The position numbers were made by a program, and so were the translations under genes. Under the pieces are notes generated by a model that made no database searches, was not told where the DNA came from, and was given only the letters and a program-made list of their open reading frames with translations. Shown piece by piece: positions 49,019-58,577 of a DNA stretch of 64,000 nt; the first letter of the stretch is position 1; every line of letters begins with the position of its first letter. The stretch is from assembly GCA_965277285.1 (NCBI GenBank), contig OZ255721.1, positions 1,344,001-1,408,000 on the forward strand, written 5' to 3'. The DNA is from Abditibacteriaceae bacterium. Its GTDB lineage: Bacteria > Armatimonadota > Abditibacteriia > Abditibacteriales > Abditibacteriaceae.

Positions 49019-50203
49019 ATGGACACCTTCGTTTCCCGACAACAAAACCACAACGTGCCATTTTCGTTGCGCGAATTCTTTGCGCCGTGCGTGTTGTGGG
49101 CGTTCTTCTTATCGCGGCTGTGGGTCGCCCTTTTCGCCTATTGGGGACATTGGGAATATACGCAGGCCGGAAAATATCTCAAACCATTTGTCGGCGGCTG
49201 GCAAGGTGTTCCCAACTGGTGGCTCAATCCGTGGACTACTTATGACAGCGAGCGCTTTGTCCACGTCGGCGAACGCGGCTACGATGTTATCACGTCGGTT
49301 TCGTTTCCTTTCTATTCGATGCTGCTCAGCCCGTTCGCGCCCAACGAAGTCGCCATGAGCGCGTGGGGCGTTTTGCTGTCGAACCTCGCGTTCTTGCTTG
49401 CGTTGGCGATGCTTTTTCGTCTGACAAACCGCGATTTCAATTCATCGGTGGCCAAAGGCACCATTTGGGCGACAGCGTTTTTCCCTGCAACGGTTGTTTT
49501 CAGCGCGGTTTATGCTGAATCAGTGTTTTTTTTATTGGTTGTGCTCACGTTTTGGAGTGCGCGTAATGGGCATTGGGGTTGGGTCGCATTTTATGGACTT
49601 TTAGCGGGGCTGACGCGCAATGCCGGGCCGATTTTGTTCCTCGCACTTGCAATCGAGTACTCGATGCAGCATCACGCGGCGCAACGCGGACGCTTTTATT
49701 GGCTTTCGGCTTTAGCGACCACGACGCCTCTGCTGGCTTTTGTGGCATTCCAGATTTATCTAAAGTATGACCTGGGACGCAGCGATTTGATGTTGAAGCA
49801 AGCGCACGCGCTGGGGCGAACCTGGATGTGGCCGTGGCTACCGATCTGGAAAGAATTTTTCTTTGTTGCCAAAGGGCACAGAGGAGTTGCGACAATTGTC
49901 AACTTTTGGGCAGCCCTGACCGGCATTGTCATAGCCTTTGTCTACTGGAAACGCGGTTTGAGCTACACCGCCTTTCTGTCAGGAATGTTGCTGGCGTTTT
50001 TGACCTATGGAATGACTTACCCACCGTATACAATCGGCGCCATGCGCTATTTGGCGGTGACATTTCCCATGCAGCAACGTTTGGCCCTGTTTGTTTCGAC
50101 CCACGCGCGACATCCTTTGATACGCGTTCTTCTGGTAATGTTCGCGCTGCTAACCAGCGCCATCGTTGCTTTTGACTTTGGCTTCAAGGCCTTCTTGTTT
50201 TAA
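49019..50203 (+). CDS. GT-C fold mannosyltransferase-like membrane protein (copy 2)
   Basis: Same motifs; tandem paralog. Confidence 0.78.
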   Translation: MDTFVSRQQNHNVPFSLREFFAPCVLWAFFLSRLWVALFAYWGHWEYTQAGKYLKPFVGGWQGVPNWWLNPWTTYDSERFVHVGERGYDVITSVSFPFYSMLLSPFAPNEVAMSAWGVLLSNLAFLLALAMLFRLTNRDFNSSVAKGTIWATAFFPATVVFSAVYAESVFFLLVVLTFWSARNGHWGWVAFYGLLAGLTRNAGPILFLALAIEYSMQHHAAQRGRFYWLSALATTTPLLAFVAFQIYLKYDLGRSDLMLKQAHALGRTWMWPWLPIWKEFFFVAKGHRGVATIVNFWAALTGIVIAFVYWKRGLSYTAFLSGMLLAFLTYGMTYPPYTIGAMRYLAVTFPMQQRLALFVSTHARHPLIRVLLVMFALLTSAIVAFDFGFKAFLF

Positions 50204-50267
50204 CTCCCGCCTCCGCCGTCGTTTGCGTGTTTTCTGAAGATTGTGAAATAGCCTGTATAATCTACGC

Positions 50268-51905
50268 ATGAAGTTTTCGTTCCTTTCCACTTTTCCAAAA
50301 CTTTTGCTATCCCTGCTTTGCGTCCTTTTTCTGGGAAGCGGTTGCGCTAACACCGCGCGCGCGCCCAAAACCTTGATGCTGGCCAGCATGACCGAGCCGG
50401 CCACGCTCGATCCGGCCAAAGCCTATGACGATTCGACGATTCCCTTTGTGCGCGTGCTCTATCGCGGATTAGTGGATTACGACGACCGCGCCAACATCGC
50501 CAACGAAGTCGCGCGCAGTCGTCGCGTTTCCGAGGATGGAAAAACTTACACTTTCAAACTGCGCGATGATGTATTTTTCACTTCGGGACGCCGCGTTGTA
50601 GCTAACGATTTTCGCTATGCGCTGGAACGAGTACTCGATCCCGCAACCGCATCCGACGGGCTTTCGCAATACACAATGATCGATGGCGCCGAAGATTATA
50701 CGAAAGCGAAAACCAAAGATGAAACCGCGAATGTTCATGTGCGCGGCATCCAGATTCCCGACGACGACACGATTATTTTTCATTTGACGGCGCCCAACGC
50801 CACGTTTTTGAATTATCTGGCGCTGCCTTTTGCCTATGCGGTGCCGCTCGAGCAAGTCGAAAAATATGGCAAAGATTTCGGCGAGCATCCCGATGGCTGC
50901 GGCCCGTTCATGCTGGACGATTGGGTGCATGACGCATGGATCAAACTCAAGCGCAACCCGCGCTATTTTCATCCGGATTTGCCGCGTTCAGATCGTTTGG
51001 AAATGCAAATCGGCGTGTCGGAAACCTTGCAAACCATGTTGTTCGAGCAAGGCCATCTGGACGTTTTATCCTTGACGAGCCTGGACGGGCCGGACTACTT
51101 GCGCTTGAAAAACTCGCCGAAGTGGAAGCCTTTGGTGCTGCACGCGCCTTTGATGGACGTGCGCTACCTGTGTTTGAACAACGAAATGAAGCCGTTCAAC
51201 GATGTGCGCGTGCGCCAGGCGATGAATTACGCCATCAACCGCGATCGCATCGTCAGTTTTCTTAACGGACGCGCCACCAAAGCGCGCGGCGCCTTGCCGC
51301 CTGGAATGCCCGCCTTCAATCCGCATCTTTTCCAGTACTCGTATGATCCGACGAAGGCCAAGCAACTTCTCAAAGAAGCCGGTTACGCGAACGGTTTCCC
51401 GCAAACTCTGACCTTGTGGTATTCCGATAAGGAAAGCTGGACGGCGATGGCGGCGCAATCGATTCAGGAAGATTTGCGGCGCGTCGGCATCACCATTTCA
51501 ACGAAAAATACGACTTACGCCGATCTCAAAGCCAAAGCTGGTCAGCGTCACAACATCGAAATGGCGATGATGGGCTGGCTGCAAGATTTCACCGATCCGT
51601 CGAACTTTTTGGATAACCTGTTCAATACTCGCAGCATCACGGAAATGGCGAGCATCAATCGCTCGTTTTATTCTAATCCGAAAGTGGACGCGCTGTTGAA
51701 CAAAGCTCTGGGCGAAACGAATCGCGCCAAACGCTTGCAGATGTATCAGGACGCCGAAACGCAAATCGTGCATGACGCGCCATGGGTTTTTCTGCATCAC
51801 ACGGAACGTTACGCCTTGCGCCAGCCGTGGGTCGAAGGCTACACCTTGCACCCGATGTGGAGCGAACGCTACGAATTTGTGCGCGTTGATGACGCCCGCC
51901 GATAA
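50268..51905 (+). CDS. Peptide ABC substrate-binding lipoprotein (OppA/DppA)
   Basis: Lipobox GSGC, TLDP, YTFKLR, GCGPF, VRQAMNYAINR. Confidence 0.92.
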   Translation: MKFSFLSTFPKLLLSLLCVLFLGSGCANTARAPKTLMLASMTEPATLDPAKAYDDSTIPFVRVLYRGLVDYDDRANIANEVARSRRVSEDGKTYTFKLRDDVFFTSGRRVVANDFRYALERVLDPATASDGLSQYTMIDGAEDYTKAKTKDETANVHVRGIQIPDDDTIIFHLTAPNATFLNYLALPFAYAVPLEQVEKYGKDFGEHPDGCGPFMLDDWVHDAWIKLKRNPRYFHPDLPRSDRLEMQIGVSETLQTMLFEQGHLDVLSLTSLDGPDYLRLKNSPKWKPLVLHAPLMDVRYLCLNNEMKPFNDVRVRQAMNYAINRDRIVSFLNGRATKARGALPPGMPAFNPHLFQYSYDPTKAKQLLKEAGYANGFPQTLTLWYSDKESWTAMAAQSIQEDLRRVGITISTKNTTYADLKAKAGQRHNIEMAMMGWLQDFTDPSNFLDNLFNTRSITEMASINRSFYSNPKVDALLNKALGETNRAKRLQMYQDAETQIVHDAPWVFLHHTERYALRQPWVEGYTLHPMWSERYEFVRVDDARR

Positions 51906-52039
51906 CGCACACATCAACGAACCCCGAGCGTCAGCGATGGGCTCAAAGCGTAAGTTACATCAAACTCTTACGTTGAGCCCGTCGCTGACGCTCGGGGTTC
52001 GTTGACTCCTCAGGTTCGCTGATTAGCGCCATCGACATT

Positions 52040-53119
52040 ATGAGTACTCGATTTCATCCTTTATTGAAGCGCTTGTTTTGGGGCGTCGTGACGTTGTGGG
52101 GCGTCAGCGTCATCACGTTTTTGCTGTTGTTCGTGTTGCCGCGTTTCGGGCGCAATCGCAACGTCAAAAGCGAGGATTTCGCCAAATTGCAGAAGACTTC
52201 GGTCAAAACGCAGCAGGCGTCGCAGGATGATCCCGCCACCACGTTGATGGCTCTCACCATCGCGGGCGCGCACGCCGATCCGCAAACTATCGCCAACATC
52301 AAAAAAGAACGTGGCCTGGACAAGCCGCTTTTCTTGAACTTTGCCGAAACGTCTCAAACGCACAGCGCCAGCAGCGGATTATTTGACGCGCAGTATCCGC
52401 GCTTCATTTGCGATGCGCTGACAAACAACTTGAAAAGTTATCGCAATGGCGAGCGCGTCATGTCGGCGATTGGGCGGCGCTTTCCCGCGACATTGCTGCT
52501 GGCGGTCGCTTCACTGCTGGTTTACCTTATCGTGGCGATACCTCTCAGCATGAGAACGGCGCAAAGTGCGGGCGGATGGTTTGATCGCAGCAGCTTGTTT
52601 TTGGGACTTTTCGCGCTCTCCATTCCAACTTTTTGGCTGGGGCGCTTGCTGCAACAATATCTGGGTTATCAGTGGAGCTGGTTCAGCGTCGGCGGCGGCG
52701 CCAGTCTGGGGAATTTGCCGCTGCCCGCGCTGACTTTGGGCGTCGGCGGCGCGGCCTATTACGCGCGACTTTTGCACGCCAATCTGCGCGGCGTCCTACG
52801 CCAGGATTATGTTCGCGCAGCGCGAGCGCGCGGCCTCAACGAGAATCGAGTACTCGTCAAGCACGCCTTGAAGAACGCTTTAATTCCTTTGATTACGGTT
52901 TTGGGAATGGAGTTCGCGTCGCTGTTATCGGGCTTGATTTTCACGGAAAAGATTTTCGCCTGGCCTGGCATTGGCAGCCTCGTTGTCGATTCCGTGACCA
53001 ATTACGATGTGCCGATGATTATGGGAACGGTAGTTTTCACCAGCTTCGTCGTTGTCGCCATGAGCATCATCGTCGATTTCGCTTACCACTTCATCGATCC
53101 GCGCGTTCGGGTCGATTGA
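52040..53119 (+). CDS. Peptide ABC transporter permease (OppB/DppB)
   Basis: DYVRAARARG, HALKNA, EKIFAWPG. Confidence 0.92.
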   Translation: MSTRFHPLLKRLFWGVVTLWGVSVITFLLLFVLPRFGRNRNVKSEDFAKLQKTSVKTQQASQDDPATTLMALTIAGAHADPQTIANIKKERGLDKPLFLNFAETSQTHSASSGLFDAQYPRFICDALTNNLKSYRNGERVMSAIGRRFPATLLLAVASLLVYLIVAIPLSMRTAQSAGGWFDRSSLFLGLFALSIPTFWLGRLLQQYLGYQWSWFSVGGGASLGNLPLPALTLGVGGAAYYARLLHANLRGVLRQDYVRAARARGLNENRVLVKHALKNALIPLITVLGMEFASLLSGLIFTEKIFAWPGIGSLVVDSVTNYDVPMIMGTVVFTSFVVVAMSIIVDFAYHFIDPRVRVD

Positions 53120-53129
53120 ATTGAGAAAG

Positions 53130-53414
53130 GAGAACACGGAACTTCGTTACACGGATTGAACGGATGAACACGGATCTAAAATCAGTTTGCAAAGTAGAAA
53201 ATAACGGTGAGAATTAAGAGTTTGTCATTCTGAGCGCAGCGAAGAATCTAACATTAGGCCAGATTCTTCGCTGCGCTCAGAATGACAAACTGCTACTTTT
53301 CCACACAGCGCGAACTTTTCAAACAGTTTTTAAGAGATTGGGAACGAGTACTCGATCTTCTGATTCAAATCCGTGTCCATGCGTCCAATCCGTGTAACGA
53401 AGTTCCGTGTTCTC
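53130..53414. repeat. Nested repeat: ACACGGAT-type IR enclosing a family A hairpin and a palindrome copy
   Basis: GAGAACACGGAACTTCGTTACACGGATTG / CAATCCGTGTAACGAAGTTCCGTGTTCTC. Confidence 0.8.
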
Positions 53415-53464
53415 ATTCTTCAATCGAGTACTCGATGCGCGCTTTCTCGTAAACTCTCCTCGCC

Positions 53465-54037
53465 ATGATTTTGATGATAGACAATTTCGATTCGTTTACT
53501 TACAACCTCGTTCAATATCTGGGCGCAATGGGCGAAGAACTCGTCGTGCGCCGCAACGATGACATCACGCTCGAGCAAATCGCCCAAATGCAGCCCGACC
53601 AGATCATCGTATCGCCTGGCCCGTGTTCGCCCAACGAAGCCGGCATCAGCGTCGCCGCGATTAGCCGCTTTGCGGGCGGAATTCCGATTTTAGGCGTTTG
53701 CCTGGGACATCAAGCGATTGGTCAAGCCTTTGGCGGCCACATCATCCGCGCCGAACGATTGATGCACGGCAAAACGTCGCCAGTTTTCCACGACAACAAA
53801 GGCGTTTTCAGCGAAATGCCCGAGCCTTTCGATGCCACGCGCTACCATTCGCTCTTAATCGAACGCGAAACTTTGCCCGATTGCCTGGAAGTTTCCGCCG
53901 AAACCAAAGAAGGCGAAATTATGGGCGTGCGCCACAAAGATTTGGACGTTGAAGGCGTGCAATTTCATCCCGAAAGCATCCTCACGCAAGACGGCAAGCG
54001 CCTGCTGCGCAACTTCGTCGAACAACACCAAAAATGA
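53465..54037 (+). CDS. trpG: Anthranilate/ADC synthase glutamine amidotransferase
   Basis: [27 protein letters not shown]. Confidence 0.88.
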   Translation: MILMIDNFDSFTYNLVQYLGAMGEELVVRRNDDITLEQIAQMQPDQIIVSPGPCSPNEAGISVAAISRFAGGIPILGVCLGHQAIGQAFGGHIIRAERLMHGKTSPVFHDNKGVFSEMPEPFDATRYHSLLIERETLPDCLEVSAETKEGEIMGVRHKDLDVEGVQFHPESILTQDGKRLLRNFVEQHQK

Positions 54038-54134
54038 ACCACAGAGACACAAAGGACACAGAGAAAGAAGAGTAAATCGGGTAATCCATATCTTTCTGTG
54101 TTCATCTCTGTGTCCTTTGTGTCTCTGTGGTTCA
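54035..54134. repeat. CACAGAGACAC-type inverted repeat between trpG and trpD
   Basis: 30-bp perfect arms TGAACCACAGAGACACAAAGGACACAGAGA. Confidence 0.8.
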
Positions 54135-54141
54135 AACTTCC

Positions 54142-55173
54142 ATGAAACTTTTTGAAGCGTTAGGAGCCGTCACGTCCGGCGAAACCTTGAGCGAAGACCA
54201 GGCGCGCGCCACCATGAGCGACATCATGGGCGGCGAATGTTCGCCACTTCAAATCGCGGCACTTTTGGGCGCTTTGCGGATGCGTGGCGAAACCGTCGAA
54301 GAAATCACCGGTTTTGCCAGAGCTTTACGCGACAACATGATTCCTGTGCGCGCATCGAGTACTCGATTGGTCGATACCTGCGGAACCGGCGGCGATTCGC
54401 GCCATGGCATCAGCACTTTCAACGTTTCGACAGCGGCAGCGTTTATCGCGGCGGGCGCGGGCGCGCATATCGCCAAGCACGGCAATCGCGCGCAAAGTTC
54501 CAAGTGCGGCAGCGCCGATGTTTTGGAAAGTCTGGGCATCAATCTTCAATTGAACGCCGAACAAATTGCGCGCGGCATCGACGAAATCGGTCTGGGTTTC
54601 ATGTTCGCGCCCGATCATCATCCCGCGATGCGCCACGTCGCGCCGATTCGCCGCGATTTGAAGATTCGCACCGTTTTTAATTTGCTGGGGCCATTGGCCA
54701 ATCCCGCGAACGCGCACGCGCAAGTGATGGGCGTTAGTGATAAACGCTGGATTCGTCCCATCGCTGAAGTTCTGCTGGCGCTGGGAACGACTCACGCTCT
54801 GGTCGCGCACTCCGAAGATGGGCTGGACGAATTTTCGACCTGCGCGCCGACTCATTACATCGAAGTGAAAAATGGCGAACTGACCGAGCACGTTCTCGAT
54901 CCGCACGATCTGGGTTGCGCGTGCGTTGTGCCGCAACTTTTGGAAGGCGGCGACGCAGCTCGCAACGCGGAAATCATTTCTCAATTGCTGGTCGATGCAA
55001 ACGGCGCCACAGCGGACATCGCGTGCTTGAACGCCGCGGCGGTTTTAATTGTCGCCGACATTTCTCCCACTATCAAAGACGGCTTGAAGTTGGCGCGCGC
55101 GAGCGTAAATAGCGGCGCGGCGCGCGAAAAGCTGGGACAAATGATCGAGTACTCGAACTTGTTCCGCCGCTAA
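54142..55173 (+). CDS. trpD: Anthranilate phosphoribosyltransferase
   Basis: DTCGTGGD, FNVST, KHGNR, GLDE. Confidence 0.96.
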   Translation: MKLFEALGAVTSGETLSEDQARATMSDIMGGECSPLQIAALLGALRMRGETVEEITGFARALRDNMIPVRASSTRLVDTCGTGGDSRHGISTFNVSTAAAFIAAGAGAHIAKHGNRAQSSKCGSADVLESLGINLQLNAEQIARGIDEIGLGFMFAPDHHPAMRHVAPIRRDLKIRTVFNLLGPLANPANAHAQVMGVSDKRWIRPIAEVLLALGTTHALVAHSEDGLDEFSTCAPTHYIEVKNGELTEHVLDPHDLGCACVVPQLLEGGDAARNAEIISQLLVDANGATADIACLNAAAVLIVADISPTIKDGLKLARASVNSGAAREKLGQMIEYSNLFRR

Positions 55174-55282
55174 CAACAGTAAAAGAATTCCTTAAGGTGT
55201 CGGCCAAAAATGAAACTTGATTCGTAAGGATTTGGTAAATCAAGCCCTTGGTTGCGGCTTTTTATTAGACACTTCTTAGATA

Positions 55283-55627
55283 ACCCAAGTTGCCACCATG
55301 CCTGCGAGTGAACTTGCGGCTCGGGTGCCCTTTGGGCAGGTGCTTACGCCGCAGCGGCGGTCTGCGCCGACGCCAGGATGCTTTTAATCTCTTTGGGTTC
55401 AATTCCCTGCAGCTTGCTGCGAACCGAGAAAAACAAAGTATTCCAAGCGCGAAGCGCAAGCGGGAGTTACACCATCTTGGCACTTGACACAAAAAGTTAT
55501 GCTCACTATTGAAATACCCCGTTGCTCGCGGCGGAGATTCTTTATTTTGCTGCAGCGGCGCAGGCCGCCGCTCCCGCTGCAGGCGGTTGAGCCGCAAGTT
55601 CACTCGCAGGCATAGTGGCAATTGGGT
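55283..55627. repeat. Long two-tier inverted repeat enclosing about 270 bp
   Basis: Arms 55283-55322 / 55589-55627 (25-bp perfect core); inner arms 55353-55369 / 55556-55572. Confidence 0.75.
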
Positions 55628-55786
55628 CAGATACTTTGAAAGTTCGCTCAAATCGGTGCTTCCAAACTTCAAAGTTCTTGTCGCAGCTTGACATTTCCTG
55701 ATGAACATGAAGGTCTGCACTGCAGTCTACGCGGCCAACATCGAACGAGAGAGTTCGAGACACCAATTGTTTTGGAGATGAGGACA

Positions 55787-56095
55787 ATGAAGCACAGCAC
55801 ACGCAAAGTCGCAACCACGATGGCCGTTCTGGGTGCCGCTGGAGCCGCCGTTCTCGGCAGCACGTTCGTGACGCCGCAAAGCGCGCAAGCCAATGTGCAA
55901 AACGCTCAATTTGTGCGTTATGACGGCGAACGCCATCCTGAACTCAATCGCGCTATCTCTGAATTGCGCGACGCACAAAACGCTTGCCGCAACGCCGACC
56001 GCGACTTCGGTGGACATCGCGCCAAAGCCGCTAACCTGATCGACCGCGCTATCGACCAATTGCAGCAGGCCAAGCAATTCGACAACAGGCATTGA
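55787..56095 (+). CDS. Small secreted helical protein
   Basis: Signal peptide ending AQA; HPELNRA...DFGGHRAKA. Confidence 0.75.
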   Translation: MKHSTRKVATTMAVLGAAGAAVLGSTFVTPQSAQANVQNAQFVRYDGERHPELNRAISELRDAQNACRNADRDFGGHRAKAANLIDRAIDQLQQAKQFDNRH

Positions 56096-56109
56096 TCGTT
56101 TAGCCAAAT

Positions 56110-56149
56110 AAACAAAAGCACTCCAGGGACATTTGGAGTGCTTTTGTTT
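56110..56149. terminator. Bidirectional terminator
   Basis: AAACAAAAGCACTCCA...TGGAGTGCTTTTGTTT. Confidence 0.75.
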
Positions 56150-56221
56150 GTGTTGGACGCAACGTTTCAATAACTTCGTTTCAAAGTCGCATTGTCTTTC
56201 CGGTTTCAGCACATCGAGTAC

Positions 56222-58474
56222 TCAATTGGTGTTCAAACCCAGCGCCTTAAAAACCGGATGAGTGGTATATCCCAGTGTCAAAGCCTTTTGCGCTTGTACC
56301 ATTGCCTGATCGCGCTTGTTGTGGCGCATCAGCGCCCACGCGTATTCGGCATTGGCGGCGCCATCGTTTTGGTTCATTTGCGTGGCCTGAACGAAATACT
56401 TTTCGCCCGTTTTTTCATCGTTTTTCAAAAACCAGTAGCAGTTCGCCAAGCCTGTAACAGGCTGCACACGTTGCGGATCGGCTTTCATCGCTTGCAAGTA
56501 AGCGGTTGAGGCCTGATTGAAGTCGCGCTTGGTGTCTTTGTAGAAATCGCCCAGATTGGTCGCAGCCGCCGCGTTTTGCGGGTCGGTGGCAGCGGCCAGG
56601 CGGTAATATTTTTCGGCGTTGACTTCATCATGCAACGAAGTCGCATAGAGGTTCGCCAAATTGGTAATCGGAATGACGCTGTCGGGTTGCAGTTTCATCC
56701 ACGTCAGGTATTCTGCGGCAGCTTCCGGGAAACGGCTTTTCTTTTTCAGCATGGCACAAAGTTCTCGGTGAAAAGCGACCTGGTGCGGCTGGCGTTTGGA
56801 AGCAGCTTGCAACGCGGCGACGCAATCGGCGGCCATCGAGGAGACCTGGCCTTGCGACCCATCGGCCTCGTGAAAAGCCCAGTAAATGTCGTCCATCATC
56901 TGCGAATATAAAATGGGGTGGCGCGAAATCTCCTGCGCGACTTGATGCAATTTCATTGTGTCGGGCTGCCATTTGGGTTGATAAAGTTGCAAACCCCACC
57001 AGTAAACATCGTAATCTTCGGGCGCCAGTTTCACGGCTTTCCAGTACGCCATATCGGCGATGTCCGCTTCACCATTGAACGCGGCACCTTCGCACGCTTG
57101 AAACCAGGAAACGCCACTGCGCGGATCGAGAACAGTGCCCTCCAATCCGGCCATCTTTTGATTGGGATAAAAATTCGCAATTCTCGACTGCTCCTGCGTC
57201 GTCATTTGGCCGTAATACTTTCCGTTGCGCACCGCCTGCGCTTCGTGAGCATAACTTTGGGCCAAATCATACCAAGCCACAGGATTGGCGGGCGAAGCCG
57301 CAGTTTCCTTCAACGCGATTTTGGTGCAGGCGGCGGTATTTCCGGCATTGTTCAAAATGCTCCAATCGCTGGCGAGCAGAATGTAATTATTGGGAAACTG
57401 GGCGCGCAGCGACGCCAGCGAAGGCGCGTATGGCGCAAAAATCCCGGGCGCGCGGCGTGCCAGAGTCGCCATAACCAGAGTGTTGGAGGGCGCTTGAGCT
57501 GCCAGGCTACCAGCCACGTTGCGCCAGAGTGTGGTTTCGTCGCCATCGCGCGCTCCGTTATACATCCACAAAAGCCCCGCCAAAGGTGTCTTTTGCGACA
57601 GGGCGCGCAGGCGAACTTCCTGCTCGGGCAACAATTTATCGCTGGCCTTCCACGGAACGCTGCCCAAAAACATCAAATCGTCAGCGGAAACGCCCGGCGC
57701 TGATAATCGAGTACTCGATTCTGCAGCGAAGCCCAAGCGCGCATTGAACATCTGCGCCATTTGCGGCAACTGCGCTAAGATTTGCTCGCGCGTGCCTTTG
57801 ACAACAAGCGGCGCGCCGACCGCTTTGTTGCTGCGCGCATCCCACAGTTGATAGCTCAAGACGCAATGGGCGCTGGTGCCCGTCAGCGTTCCGATTGCGA
57901 TATGAGTAGCGCCTGTGCCCTGCGCGACAAGAGGCACTTCGGCCTGTGTCCAGCGACAATCGCTCTTGCCGAGTTCGTCGCGCGTGTCGGCCACGCTCCC
58001 CCAGAGCGGCGTTTTTCCCAGAGCGCCCTGCCCACCCACACTCAATTGCAGCCAACGCGCGCAGCCTGCGCCAAAATCGTCTATCGCGGAAGATTTAGCA
58101 CTCGAAAGCTGCGGTTCAGCGATCACGATGCCGGGGCCGCTGTTCAGTGTTTTGCTGCCACCGGACAAGATTTGTTGCGCCCACTGTGTCGCTTCGGCCT
58201 GCGCAGATTTCACTTGCGCGATTTGATCCTGGCTGGGCGTTGGAAGCGGCATTCGTTGCAATCTGGCGGCATAAGTGCGATAGCTCAAGCTTCTCGGATT
58301 GGCACTTCCCGCACCAAATGGTTGCGCACCGCCGCCGGACGACGACTGACTCAAGCTGCGCAAAGCTCCGCGCACGATGGGAAAAACGCCCACTGCGCAA
58401 CCGCTCGCCACGAACGGAACCGTCAGCAGGCAAGTGGACAGCGCAAAACGTCGAAAAGGAAACTTTGGCATCAT
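56222..58474 (-). CDS. TPR-repeat exported protein (possible lipoprotein)
   Basis: ASGC lipobox-like; repeated ..LA/LG..Y..A....P TPR pattern. Confidence 0.75.
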   Translation of the reverse strand: MMPKFPFRRFALSTCLLTVPFVASGCAVGVFPIVRGALRSLSQSSSGGGAQPFGAGSANPRSLSYRTYAARLQRMPLPTPSQDQIAQVKSAQAEATQWAQQILSGGSKTLNSGPGIVIAEPQLSSAKSSAIDDFGAGCARWLQLSVGGQGALGKTPLWGSVADTRDELGKSDCRWTQAEVPLVAQGTGATHIAIGTLTGTSAHCVLSYQLWDARSNKAVGAPLVVKGTREQILAQLPQMAQMFNARLGFAAESSTRLSAPGVSADDLMFLGSVPWKASDKLLPEQEVRLRALSQKTPLAGLLWMYNGARDGDETTLWRNVAGSLAAQAPSNTLVMATLARRAPGIFAPYAPSLASLRAQFPNNYILLASDWSILNNAGNTAACTKIALKETAASPANPVAWYDLAQSYAHEAQAVRNGKYYGQMTTQEQSRIANFYPNQKMAGLEGTVLDPRSGVSWFQACEGAAFNGEADIADMAYWKAVKLAPEDYDVYWWGLQLYQPKWQPDTMKLHQVAQEISRHPILYSQMMDDIYWAFHEADGSQGQVSSMAADCVAALQAASKRQPHQVAFHRELCAMLKKKSRFPEAAAEYLTWMKLQPDSVIPITNLANLYATSLHDEVNAEKYYRLAAATDPQNAAAATNLGDFYKDTKRDFNQASTAYLQAMKADPQRVQPVTGLANCYWFLKNDEKTGEKYFVQATQMNQNDGAANAEYAWALMRHNKRDQAMVQAQKALTLGYTTHPVFKALGLNTN

Positions 58475-58577
58475 CTTTTACTCTCTTGCAATTGATTCGT
58501 GAAACGTTTTGGCCTCTGCACGCGCCAAGCGGCGCCGTTAAACTGAAGGCTTCAAAACAAAGGTTATTTTTCCTTCC

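Noticed and set aside
55370..55420. tRNA-Lys or tmRNA suggested by CTTTTAA and GGGTTCAATTCCC
   Set aside because: No consistent acceptor, D or anticodon stems
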